From positions 248,001-312,000 of the forward strand of contig JAQGDQ010000036.1 in assembly GCA_030141605.1 (NCBI GenBank): a stretch of DNA of 64,000 nt. The letters run 5' to 3'. Shown here in pieces: positions 12,046 through 23,709 of the stretch. The position numbers were made by a program, and so were the translations under genes. Each line of letters starts with the position of its first letter. Position 1 is the stretch's first letter. This DNA comes from Tubiluchus corallicola. Lineage: Eukaryota > Animalia > Priapulida. The notes under the pieces are model-generated. The model searched no databases. It was not told where the DNA came from and worked only from the letters and a program-made list of their open reading frames with translations.

Positions 12046-14389
12046 ACTAAGCAAAAACATATTTTTAATCTTATTGACAAGGTACAGTAATTTAAAATTT
12101 TACTTAGTTAGCAACATATATGCTACGAATGCCCGGATTATTTTTTCAAACTTTACTCGGTGTTATCTAAACTTGTTTCAAACGACCTACCATTAAAATG
12201 GCTGCGCCTAACGGTCATCACGGGAGATTAAACTTACATGTTTTATACACTGCTACAGCTGACTTAAACCCTGCATGCAAAAGGGCTGTATGTAAATGGT
12301 ATAAAATTTCATAACAAATTTTTTGAGCTTTATGTAAGTGGAGGGTTTTCTTGTGTTTTAAGCTTAATTTATTTAGTGTCAAGATTATGTATGCAGCAAA
12401 ATGTGGGTAGTCAAATATAAAACTGATTTGAGACTGTTAAATTTACAGCTCACCCACTATTCATGCAAAATTTAATGAGTTTAATGCGAGCTCATTTTTC
12501 CCACCGGACACAGCTACACAGCAAAATGTCTCTGCCACATATGCATTTTAGACCATCTTGAGGTTGCTAGAAACTATTTCCTCAGGCACGTTCACTAGTT
12601 TAAAACTCGTTATAGCACAAATAAACAATAGTTGATGTATTTCTTGGTTTACTGCTAAAATTTTTATTCCTCTCTGTCACATTGGTTAAATATCCTACTT
12701 GTTATTTCTATTTAGTGTTAACCTCCGCCCAATCTAAGCTTCCCTGTTGGAGTCAGCTCTAATGTATGTTACCACCTTGAACTAGTGAGTCTGTTGCTAT
12801 AAAACTTCTGTACTGTTTTAAATAAAAAGGTTTATTTTGGCTAAATACATGCAATTCCAGTGTTTCCTGTTTGTGAGTATGACACATTACAGCTAGTGTT
12901 GCTGCTTGAACCATTTCTGCTTAAACTACTCAACTGCTAAAAGCGTGCTTTCTTACATCCAGTCGGTGTGTTTGTTTGTAGAATTTACAAAATCGACCTC
13001 TGTTAGTAGCTGCATTTCTTAACAAGAAGGATGATTCATCTAGAACATCAATTTTTATTGGTAAATCGAAAAACCTGAATCATGCCACTCCATTGCCGTG
13101 TATACTGCAAAAGCGTTTCTGATAATTAAATAATAGATTAAAAACTTAATTAACGGCGGGCGAGCCCAACTATTGATGATATCACAAACTAACATAATTT
13201 TCAACAGCAAAAATATTCTACGAGCGTGTTGCACGTGTTTGCAAAAGCGAAAATTGAAGTACAGTGCTACTGTAAGATATTCAGTGTGTTGTATTAAATC
13301 TAGGCATGTTTTAAGATAAAAATTCAAACTTCAAATTTACCACTGTACTCAAGCATGAGCTGTCGAACGTGTGTAGTTCGTTAGAAATTAACACATCTGA
13401 TTTGAGAAATGCAGCACCTGTTTTTGTGTAATGCGTTTCCAAAATGCAGGCGCTAGTGCCCATCTAACTAGCAAATGGCAAAATGCATGTAACAGTGAAG
13501 AACTACCGGGATGAATGCGAAAATTGTGTTTATGTGGTAACAATTTTTTCACGCAAGTCATTTTTGAAAAACTAGTATATTCCCGTTCAATATTTTAAAG
13601 AGTAGATTATTTTGACCTACAGTTTAAAATTGGGTCCAGTTTTGCTTTAATAATAATTTCATTGTTTGTATATGCGAACGTATGTTTGATGGCTCCAAAA
13701 AGTTTATTGGCTTTTTTAACTACCAAGCTTGCATGATTGTGAAACTTCAGGTCAGTACACCCAAATCTAGTCCTTCACACAGATTGTAATCACTATAGTG
13801 ATTTTACTGTACCTTTTAAGGAATGAGCGCACTTTTGACTATTGTAACCCATATGGAACAACTTGCTTTGCTCTGTATTAAATCTTAATTACCAGAATTA
13901 GCAAAACTGTTAATTAGAGTCTTAGTTGTTGAAATCGAACATTGATTACTCTATTTAGTAGCCTACATATTTTTGTGTCATCTGAAAAAAAATTACAGTC
14001 GCAGATCCAGCAGGTCATTGATCTGTCCAAATTCTTCTATCTAACTTTAGACTTTACTGCCTATTCCACGTGCATTTAGTTTGACAAGTAGTCTCTGACG
14101 TGATACACTGTCGAAATCCAGATAAACACATATCTATTGTGAAACATGTGTGTCTAGTCTTCTAAAAACTCTAGTAATTGAGGCACACACGATTTACCAG
14201 AAGAAAACCAATGATGTTGAGCGTTGAACAATTATTGGATTCCATATGGTTGACCACAGCATTGCATATAAATGATTCAAAGAACTTTTGTAGGTGCTGA
14301 AGTTAAGTTTATTGGTCTGAACTCTGTAGTTTGTAACTTTGTAAATACAAATACATATGTACTGTTATGACTGTCACCATACTCTAAGG

Positions 14390-14880
14390 CAGTGGTTCCC
14401 AAACTTTCTCGGACCGTTACCCAAATCGGGAAACCCAGTCGTGTCCATTACCCACCACCTAGTACTACTTCTCCAACTCAAAAAGTAAACACACGTTACA
14501 CACGTATATGCCACAAGCAAGCAAAATTATTTATGTTTGCTTGTGACATAAATAAATTTCCAGGTGTTGTTGTTGTATTGTTGCCAAAACAAGAATTACA
14601 ATTACTGAACCTGCTCATTACTGAGTGAGCAGGTTCGTTCGAGTAATTATTACTCGAACAAACGAAAACAAGAAGAAATGAATGACAACAACAAAATTTC
14701 AGTTAGTGGGACGGATGAGCCTGTTTTTCGGACGCCAGTCTCTTCAAGAAGAAAACTATGTAAAATGCATTCCGAGCGAAGTTTTAAAAATTTTCAGAGG
14801 GGTGCCCGTTACCCCCCCCCCCCAAAAAAAAAAACATATTACCCCCGGGGGGTAATTTACCTCTACTTTGGGAACCACTG
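14390..14880. mobile_element. hAT (Charlie-like) MITE
   Basis: TIR cagtggttcccaaa / tttgggaaccactg; perfect 8-bp TSD ctctaagg at 14382-14389 and 14881-14888. Confidence 0.92.
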
Positions 14881-14959
14881 CTCTAAGGTAAGAACTATGA
14901 AGTTGAGCTTGGAACTCGCGAAACTGTCGAGTTGTTAAGAATGTCAGAAATCAAAGTAA

Positions 14960-15140
14960 AGGTAACGCGGTTTTTCTGATTGTTAACATGCGCAGCAATC
15001 CGCAGCCCGCCAAAAGTCACAACAACGTTATTTTGCTTTTAAGTGTACGGTACCATATGAAACTTTCGCCGTTATTTTGTTACGCTTTTATGTCTCGACC
15101 ACCAGTTTAGGGTGTTTTTGCATACATGACGTGGTAATAA
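14960..15140 (+). promoter_or_regulatory. Candidate SMC4 promoter / non-coding exon 1
   Basis: CpG-retaining patch; E2F-type site cccgccaaaa (15006-15015); NRF1-like catgcgca (14987-14994); possible donor gtg|gtaata at 15134. Confidence 0.4.
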
Positions 15141-17579
15141 TATCTTTAATTAATTCTAAATTTACGCATTTAAAATAGGACTTTTGTTCTACCTAATTTT
15201 AACTTAAGCCGTAAGCGTTCATTGCCCCATAGGCCATATTTCACTTTTAGGCAAATTGTGTAGCTATTGCAATAATAGACAGTTTCCACTACAGTCAGAA
15301 TAACGTCCAGACTGCCAAGTACGGTATGTTTTTCGGTACACTCACTGACTCCTTGTGAAACTGAAAGAGATTTTACCTGACACCGACGTCAGGCATAACT
15401 GCCCGATCATCCACATTTGCAAGTGTTATCTTACCGTGGATACCCTAGATCCTTTTGTCGAAAATTGGCGAGCAAACTGACATCAATAGAAAGTGTCTGT
15501 TTGCGAGATCAGTGGCACGAACACAGTTGTAAAATCGCACTATATAGATGATTTAGTTTGTTGTGAAATACTACTTTGCCATTAACTCCGATTAAAACAT
15601 TAAGTTTGAACGACTTAAAAAAATTCTTTATTTTACCTGAATTTGTCGATCCTGAGTAAGATAATAGTAGCAATAACAGAAATCCCCAATTAGTGCGAAA
15701 TTTCTGCAGCAGTAATTTTTTGTAATATGCTACAGTGCAAGCCTACAACTAATGGTAATACACAGTAATTAATCTCACAACAAAACTTTATTGCCATTGA
15801 TGTGATTTTAATGTCGACATATTAATAAATCATTGGTTTTTGGAAGGACAAGAAATCTTTCATACTACTCACTGAGACCAACAAAATCTAGTGTTTCAGC
15901 ACTTTGTGACTAAATTTAAAAGTATATCTTGGACATTATTAGATTATGTGCAAAAACTCTTCAAGATTTATAAGTATCCTTAAATGCTTTCAGTAAAATA
16001 CGCAGTCGAGGCTCTACCCCAAATCTTGCTGGAGATCTTACAGCATTCTTCCCCCTTTTTGCATTGTCCCACTCCATAAATGCCCCACTCTTTTTGGGAA
16101 ACCTTAACACCTCTGCCTCAGGATAGCCAGTTGGGGGTGGAGTGTTGAAGTTAATCATCTCATCAGAATCATGGTGGGTTGACAGTACGTAGGAGCAAAT
16201 CAGCGACTTATAAATTTAATAAAAATAATATTTTGTAGTCTAAAAATTAGGAAAAACTCTGAACAATTATCTTGTTTTAATGGGTAACCCATAAGAAAGA
16301 ATTGTTATACAGTATTGCAATCTAGTAGTGAAGCATGTGAAATTGGTAATTTAAGACCACAAATAAACAAAAATGTTATGGTGTCAAACTATTTATTTCT
16401 GGCAGCTTTTAATAATATTTTTTGGCACAGCTGCCAGCTGGGCCAATATTACCAGGTTCTCTGAGGAATGCTGCATATATATTACTGTACAAAATTTATG
16501 AACAAACTTAATAATGCCAAAAGAAAGAGTATCTAACAAAAAATGAAAATAAAATAAATAAACGTTGGAAAATTATGTGGGCGAACATGTAGATTTAGCT
16601 TCATTGTCCTTAAACTGGTTGTGTGTGTAAGTTTAGAAAATCTGGCCACAGAAGGCTGATTTCCCCTGATAATTTTCTGAGACTCTGGATGTGTCAGGAA
16701 AAATCCGGTTGGGCAGTCACCCTTATCACGAGATAAGACAAAATTTACAAGTTACAAACTAAAGTACACATGTTGATGCTACTTATCTTGTGCAGACATT
16801 GTGCAGAAACTGCTTACGCTGACTATAAAATCTACGATCTGCTTGTAATTGTAAAGTGTACTCTGTACACTACGGAATTTGTTCATTAAAGGTAACTGTT
16901 TATTGCATCATTAATGTAAAAGGTACCTAACTATTTATTGTATCATTAATATAGGTACAATATTGGTTTCTTATACTTTTAGAGAATTTCGTAAAAACTG
17001 TTTTTTGTGATTATAGGAGCTGATGTGACATCAGGGCCATGAGTTCAGAATTAGGTTTCTAAAATCAAATGTTGAAAACTACATTTACTTGGCTACATGT
17101 ATGAAAAAATCATTTTATCCCAAAAATTTGCTACACAAATTTTTTCACTAGGTTTTTTATAGTATCAGGTGTGCTTAATAACGTGCCAAAAGTTTGTCAG
17201 TCTGATTACTGAACTTTTACCAAAATTTGATGTCAAAGACGGCAGTTAAATCATGTTAATCATTTTTTATCCTAGGTAAAATTCATAGTCATAGGAAGGT
17301 AATTTCCTGCCCAATTCCATGTTTTGTAGATTGTCTTTATCATAGACATAAAATTTGATGCTTAATCTAATTTGCATATCTAAATTATACTGAAGTGATC
17401 ACATAATTATAAAATGCAAAATAGCCAACCAGTATGGCAGAAAAGCAATGAAAAAGGCCCATGACTCTATTATTAATGCAAATTTAAAATGCGCTTTTGA
17501 GTGAAATTGTCTTTGTTATTTGTGTGGGCTACAATTTGCTTTGTGTAACTCTACTACTTATTAACATTTATAATAATTA

Positions 17580-18793
17580 CAGTAGACCCTCCTTTCGCAT
17601 TTTGAATTTTAGGTCTCTAGGGAATTAAGCAGCAGAGGGTAATCAAACAACATAAGCAGTTGGAATGTTTTCAATATACATATGCCTGCAGACCTACTTT
17701 CGCTTTTTGCTTTTGATAAATACAGAGTTGCCTTGGATGCAATATTGTCCATGGTGCATGGATATTAGTACATCCATAGATATATCTGTGTGCAGGTGTC
17801 AGACTTTTAACAATTTGTCACTTATTATTGACAATGTATCACTGTTATACTCACCGTAATACAAGCAATAAGAGTATCCAATAATTTCAATCAAGGATAT
17901 GTGCGTGATATTAAGGTTTTTTGTGAAAGATTTATATTGTTGCCTGACAACCACAATGTAGGTTTTTAATGAAAAAAGTCTACCACCACACGAAGTTGTT
18001 GCAAAAATAAAATTGTAGATATTTTTACTTACATTTCATTAAAATTGTTTTCCAGTGTCTTGGGAACATAGTTCAGTATGAAAATTAAAACTTGTGTTTT
18101 GCAACCTGAATTTTCCAATGCAAATCTTGCTTAGTGGTAAAACAAATCTGAACCATAGCTACTGAGAAGGATATTTCAGTTATATCTATTTGTAGGTGTA
18201 AAAATATATAAAAGATTTATGCATGATCAAATTTGAGCATCTTGTGTAAGCATAAGCACTAACACTCGGTTTAAACAACTTTAGCTGCCCAGACTAATTT
18301 CTGAATATAATAATTAAGAGGGCCTACTAAACTAATTATCAACTTTAATAAATACTATTTTGTTCAGTACAGTAGCAACTGGCAACCTCCTGCTGTGCCT
18401 GTATACTGCTGAAGTCGGCATATTACAGTAAACTCATAATTTTGGTAGCCAGGGACCGAAGAAACTCTCCAAGTTGTGCAATATGCAATAAACCGAGTTG
18501 GCAGAGACGCATATTTGTGCATTCATTTCTCAGGAATGTACTGTGTGCTTGTGTGTAGCTGTTTATTGAAACGGGAGGCTATTTAATGAAACCGATTCAG
18601 TTGTTGAAAATGTATCTTCGTTGCACCCCTCATTGTCGATAACCCAATCTAAATAAGTACTCAAGAAAATTCTCTATCTTAATCACCTTAATCATCATTA
18701 CTAATGCACTGTTCAACAATGTAAAAATTGTACTGTGTATAAAAATTTTCTACCGTCAAATGTATTGTTAGTGCAGTCCAAATGGGGTCTACT
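17580..18793. mobile_element. Old Tc1/mariner-like element remnant
   Basis: 10-bp TIR cagtagaccc/gggtctactg, TA on the left flank only. Confidence 0.3.
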
Positions 18794-19232
18794 GGTATCT
18801 TCCGGTAAAATTGATACCAGGTATAAATACAAATATAAATGTATATTTATTTAAAAATTCTCATTTATAGATTTTCAAATTGCTACTGTAAAATGCATTG
18901 TAACTGCTGCATTTATAATAAAATGATCAAACTGGTTTGACGATATCAAAAATAGCAGAACTGAAAAGTCAGATGATATAACTTGGTTAAGTTATGAATA
19001 TTAGTGCCATCATTACAAATGTAGGTAAAATGGCACAGAAAAAAATGACACACGTGTTATTTTAATGCAAATATTTTCTATAGTAAAACTATGAAGTGCT
19101 CAGTAGGAAGCGGATCTCCACCAAGTCGAAAAATCCCAAGCATGTTTGTCTGCTTCTTTTGATTGAAAAAACATTAAACAAAGATAAACAAGCAAACATA
19201 CAAAAATATACCTGTATTGGTACTGTGATATC

Positions 19233-19313
19233 TGATTGATAAATACATGGATCAGGATTGATTGATATAATACATGGATCAGGATTGATTGATATAATAC
19301 ATGGATCAGGATT
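19233..19313. repeat. 27-bp tandem repeat (~3 copies) within a probable Helentron-like remnant
   Basis: Unit gattgattgatataatacatggatcag repeated. Confidence 0.8.
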
Positions 19314-19731
19314 TTTTACATTTTGGATTTTGGGCCTTGTAAAATACCTAGATCTCTAGACTTGTTAGTTTATTGTGATAGTATTGCTCTACGAATTTAT
19401 AGTGCACACTTTCTGTTCTTGGTTGTACATGCTACTGTTTCATATAATTAAGGCTGTTTTATCTTTATATGCAATAACTTTTTTTGGCTGATATTACTTC
19501 ATTACTAATGCAGGAATATTTTGGTGCTAATTATTCACTCATTTATAAATTCAAGATTATGTAACTCTGCATTTTCTCTGACCATTTACAGGTTGTTATG
19601 GGTAGTACATTATGTATATTAGTTATAATTACAGCTAATAGCGTATATTATATTGTATTGTTATTATTACTTTCCAGACCCTGGCATAAAAGTGTCATGT
19701 ATTATTCGCCTGATACCTATTGATCTTCAGT

Positions 19732-22700
19732 ATGGTTGAACTAAGAAACGATTCTTCTGAGGCAACCACCTCAAATGGATTATGCGATGACAGTCCAGAT
19801 GAAACAGTAGGAGAACAGATATTTGAAGACATTGTTGTTCCGCCGGCAATTCCTTCGGTAGCGACTTACGAGGCAAGTGGGCCACGACTTATGATTACAC
19901 ATATTGAGAATGAAAACTTTAAATCTTATGCCGGCAGGCAAATATTGGGACCTTTTCATAAGTGCTTCACATGCATTGTGGGACCAAACGGAAGTGGAAA
20001 ATCCAATGTAATTGACTCAATGTTGTTTGTGTTTGGTTATCGTGCTAACAAAATTCGTCTGAAGAAAATAAGTATGCTGATACACAATAGTGAAAACCAC
20101 ACTGATATTGAAAGTTGCTGTGTTCATGTGCACTTCCAAAAGATAATCGACAAACCCGATGATAGTTTTGAGATTGTCCCTGATTCACAGTTTGTAGTCT
20201 CTAGAACAGCTTATAGAGACAACAGTTCATATTATTGCATAAATGGCAAGAGAACTCAGTTTAAGGAGGTTGCCAGGCTTTTGAGAGGCAGCGGAATTGA
20301 TCTTGATCATAACCGCTTTTTGATCTTGCAAGGTGAAGTGGAACAGATTGCACTTATGAAACCTAAAGCTCCTTCTGAGCATGAAGAAGGCATGCTTGAG
20401 TTTCTTGAAGATATTGTTGGTAGTAATAGATTTAAAGAACCAATTGAAAAATTGGCAAAACAGGTGGAAGAACTGAACGAACAAAAAGGAGAAAAACTCA
20501 ACAGAGTAAAAGCAGTGGAAAAGGAGAAAGATGAACTCAAAGAATCCCGAGATGAAGCTGTTAATTTTTTAAAATTAGAAAATGACATTTGTCGATGTCG
20601 AAACAAATTGCTTCATAAGTACATTAAAGATGAAGAACTCAATAAACAACAGGCTGAATCAAAAGTGTCGGCTTGTAAAGCAGAACTTGAGAAAATGGAT
20701 CAGCAAGTGACTTCCATGAAAGTTGAACAAAAGGAAAAGGTAAAAAAATATAAACAGCTGTGCAAAAGACTAGACGAATTAAGCTCAGAATGTGAACAAC
20801 TGAAAGAGCAATTTGGAGAATTCGAACAAAGGGACACCAAAGTGAGAGAAGATATTAAGCATACAAAAGCTAAAGGTAAAAAGCTTGTTGCTTTGGTTGA
20901 ATCAGAAAAAAAGAAACTTGAAGAGCTAAAATGTGTGCCAGATATAAGGAAAGCTGAAATTGAAAAGTTGAACAGTAAAAAAAATAAGCTGGAAAAAGAA
21001 CTAGTCACTGCTGAAGAGAATTTGAGTATTGTGATGTCTTCTTTAGTCAGTGAGACACAGTCTTTACAAGATAAGAAAGATGCAAAAGAAAGCGAACTTT
21101 CGGAATTGCAGAAAGTAGTGAATGAAACAAGGTCTGAAATGGATATTGCACAGTCTGCCCTTGATCTGTATTTGAGTAACCTAACCAGTAAGCAGACAAA
21201 ATTAGAAGAAGCTCGTCAAAATTTACTGACAACTGTTGGTACACTTAAGGAGAGAAAAAATGAAGTAAAGGGATGGGAGAAAAACTTGCCTGTAGCAGAA
21301 AAGGAACTAGTATCAACTGAGAACCACTTAAAGGAATTGATACACAGTGAAGCAAAGCTTACAAATGACATTAGACAAAATCGTTTGAAATTGGAAGAAT
21401 ATCGATCTTCTATGTCTCAGTTTCGTAGTCGAGGGAGAGTGCTAGAGTCACTCATTCAACAAAAAGAGAAAGGCAAAATTAAAGGCATCTTTGGACGTTT
21501 AGGCGATCTAGGTGCTATAGACTCAAAATATGACATTGCAATTTCAACTGCTTGTGGACCTTTAGATAATATTGTTGTGGATACTATTGATACAGCACAA
21601 AAATGTGTGGAATTTCTTAAAGCCAATAATATTGGCTCTTCAACTTTTATTGCTATTGATAAAATGCAGCATTTTCGGCAGTACATGGACAACAAAGCAA
21701 AAACACCTGAGAATGTTCCAAGGTTATTTGACCTTGTTCAGATTTCCAATGAAGCAATTCGTCCTGCATTTTATTATGCTTTACGAGAAACTCTTGTAGC
21801 TAAAGACTTAGATCAAGCTACCAGAGTAGCTTTTAATGGTCCCTCAAGAAACAGAGTAGTTACTTTAGAGGGTGCTCTGATTGATTCCTCTGGTACTATG
21901 TCTGGCGGCGGCAATAAGGTTTCCAAAGGCCGCATGGGACAGTCTGTTGTTTCAGATATTGAAGTGACGCCGAAGCAACTTTCAAAAATGGAAGCAAATT
22001 TGGACCATGACCTGCTTGAAGCAACTAAAATGCATCAACAAAAATCTGCACTAGAAGAAAAAGTTGAACATTTGAAAGCTAGTATAAAAGACATGCAATA
22101 CAATTTGAAAAAAGCAAAGTTGGATATCGATGCTATGTCAAAGCAAGAAGGCATCTTATGTGATCAAGTTAAAGAAGCTGAAAACAGAGTGGCTGCTGCT
22201 GCACCTGATAAAGCTGGTTTAACAAAACTTGAGAAAACCCTTGCAGCAAAAAAGAAGGCATTTGAGAAAGCAGACGGAGCAGCTTCAGTCATTGACACTA
22301 ATGTTCAAAAAATACATAAAGAAATTATGGACATTACAAAAGGTCGTACAAGGAGTGCACAAAATCGTGTTGACAACATAAAATCACAAGTTGAACAAGT
22401 TGAACAAAGTATAACTAAAGCAAATGTCGCTATCAAAACTGCTGAACGTAATCTAAAAAAGGCAGCAGATAAAATAAAATCATCGGAAGAAGAGCTTGAA
22501 GTCAACAAAAATCGTATGGAAGAATTGAATGCTAGTTTAAAGGAGCTAGAAGTAGATGGAGGTAAGGTTTATAATGAACGTCTGGAAAGTGAAAACAAAC
22601 AAAACGAACTTCAAGTAGAAGCAGCGGCAATGAAAAAAGAACTTGACGACTTGGATAAGGAAATGACCAAGCTGCAAAATGAAAATATTGATCTGAAGGA

Positions 22701-23514
22701 TAGAGTTATAAGGGTTGAAAAAGAAGCAAATGAAATTTCTGATAAAGTTCATTTGTGGCTCACAAAAATAAAGAAATTGAAATTAAATGCCATTGAAGGC
22801 GAAGGACAAGTTGATCTGCCTGCCTCCTTCACCGACGAAGAACTCCATAGTTTTGATACAAATCAGTTAATGATGCAAGTTACCCTTTTAGAAGAAAATT
22901 TGGATAGGATGAAACCAAACATGGCATCTATAGCTGAATATCGAAAAAAGGAAGATTTGTATATGCAACGCTGTGCAGAGTTAGACAAAATTATTGACCT
23001 TAGAGATCAACGCAGGAAGAAGCATGAAGAGTTGAGAAAACAACGACTTGATGAGTTTATGACAGGATTCACCGTTATCACCACTAAATTGAAAGAAATG
23101 TACCAGATGATCACCCTTGGTGGTGATGCTGAACTGGAACTCGTTGACAGTCTTGATCCTTTCTCAGAAGGCATTGTGTTTAGCGTAAGACCGCCCAAGA
23201 AGTCATGGAAAAATATTAGCAATCTTTCTGGTGGCGAGAAAACCTTGAGTTCTCTTGCACTCGTTTTTGCGTTACATCACTACAAGCCAACACCTTTATA
23301 TGTTATGGATGAAATTGATGCTGCCCTGGATTTCAGAAATGTATCTATCGTTGGTCATTACATTAAAGAGCGGACAAAGAATGCTCAGTTTGTCATTATA
23401 TCTTTGCGAAATAACATGTTTGAGCTGGCTGATAGATTGGTTGGCATTTATAAAACGGATAATTGCACAAAATCAGTCACCATCAATCCTGGCATTATTA
23501 ATCAGCAAGAGTAA
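19732..23514 (+). CDS. SMC4: Structural maintenance of chromosomes protein 4 (condensin ATPase subunit), 1260 aa, single coding exon
   Basis: RLMITHIENENFKSYAG..GPFHK..GPNGSGKSNVIDSMLFVFG (Walker A), FLILQGEVEQIA, hinge GIFGRLGDLGAID..GTMSGGG, signature LSGGEKTLSSLALVFALHHYKPTPLYVMDEIDAALD, all SMC4-type. First ATG is 19732; the track's 19720 start is TTG. Confidence 0.98.
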   Translation: MVELRNDSSEATTSNGLCDDSPDETVGEQIFEDIVVPPAIPSVATYEASGPRLMITHIENENFKSYAGRQILGPFHKCFTCIVGPNGSGKSNVIDSMLFVFGYRANKIRLKKISMLIHNSENHTDIESCCVHVHFQKIIDKPDDSFEIVPDSQFVVSRTAYRDNSSYYCINGKRTQFKEVARLLRGSGIDLDHNRFLILQGEVEQIALMKPKAPSEHEEGMLEFLEDIVGSNRFKEPIEKLAKQVEELNEQKGEKLNRVKAVEKEKDELKESRDEAVNFLKLENDICRCRNKLLHKYIKDEELNKQQAESKVSACKAELEKMDQQVTSMKVEQKEKVKKYKQLCKRLDELSSECEQLKEQFGEFEQRDTKVREDIKHTKAKGKKLVALVESEKKKLEELKCVPDIRKAEIEKLNSKKNKLEKELVTAEENLSIVMSSLVSETQSLQDKKDAKESELSELQKVVNETRSEMDIAQSALDLYLSNLTSKQTKLEEARQNLLTTVGTLKERKNEVKGWEKNLPVAEKELVSTENHLKELIHSEAKLTNDIRQNRLKLEEYRSSMSQFRSRGRVLESLIQQKEKGKIKGIFGRLGDLGAIDSKYDIAISTACGPLDNIVVDTIDTAQKCVEFLKANNIGSSTFIAIDKMQHFRQYMDNKAKTPENVPRLFDLVQISNEAIRPAFYYALRETLVAKDLDQATRVAFNGPSRNRVVTLEGALIDSSGTMSGGGNKVSKGRMGQSVVSDIEVTPKQLSKMEANLDHDLLEATKMHQQKSALEEKVEHLKASIKDMQYNLKKAKLDIDAMSKQEGILCDQVKEAENRVAAAAPDKAGLTKLEKTLAAKKKAFEKADGAASVIDTNVQKIHKEIMDITKGRTRSAQNRVDNIKSQVEQVEQSITKANVAIKTAERNLKKAADKIKSSEEELEVNKNRMEELNASLKELEVDGGKVYNERLESENKQNELQVEAAAMKKELDDLDKEMTKLQNENIDLKDRVIRVEKEANEISDKVHLWLTKIKKLKLNAIEGEGQVDLPASFTDEELHSFDTNQLMMQVTLLEENLDRMKPNMASIAEYRKKEDLYMQRCAELDKIIDLRDQRRKKHEELRKQRLDEFMTGFTVITTKLKEMYQMITLGGDAELELVDSLDPFSEGIVFSVRPPKKSWKNISNLSGGEKTLSSLALVFALHHYKPTPLYVMDEIDAALDFRNVSIVGHYIKERTKNAQFVIISLRNNMFELADRLVGIYKTDNCTKSVTINPGIINQQE

Positions 23515-23526
23515 TTTATTGTACTA

Positions 23527-23532
23527 AATAAA
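23527..23532 (+). terminator. Proximal poly(A) signal AATAAA of SMC4
   Basis: AATAAA 12 nt after the stop, followed by TG/T-rich sequence; a distal AATAAA lies at 25174-25179. Confidence 0.45.
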
Positions 23533-23709
23533 AAGCAGGCTTGGCCTTATGGAAAATGTATGTTTAAATGTTGTTAGGTCCATGTGTAGTTTTATCTGTA
23601 TTACTTGTATACCAGTTGTTGATAATATTTGAATTTCTTTAAATGTTTTACCTGTGTAAACAAATAACAGGTTTCTCATGGTGATGCAGAAATACCAAGT
23701 TTTGTGATA

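Noticed and set aside
15961-16158. 65-aa minus-strand ORF
   Set aside because: No recognisable motif or splice support; likely TE-derived.
19720-19731. TTG start for SMC4 given by the ORF track
   Set aside because: Eukaryotic gene; first in-frame ATG is at 19732.
20227-23527. Many antisense and alternative-frame ORFs inside SMC4
   Set aside because: Expected shadows of a Lys/Glu-rich coiled-coil CDS.
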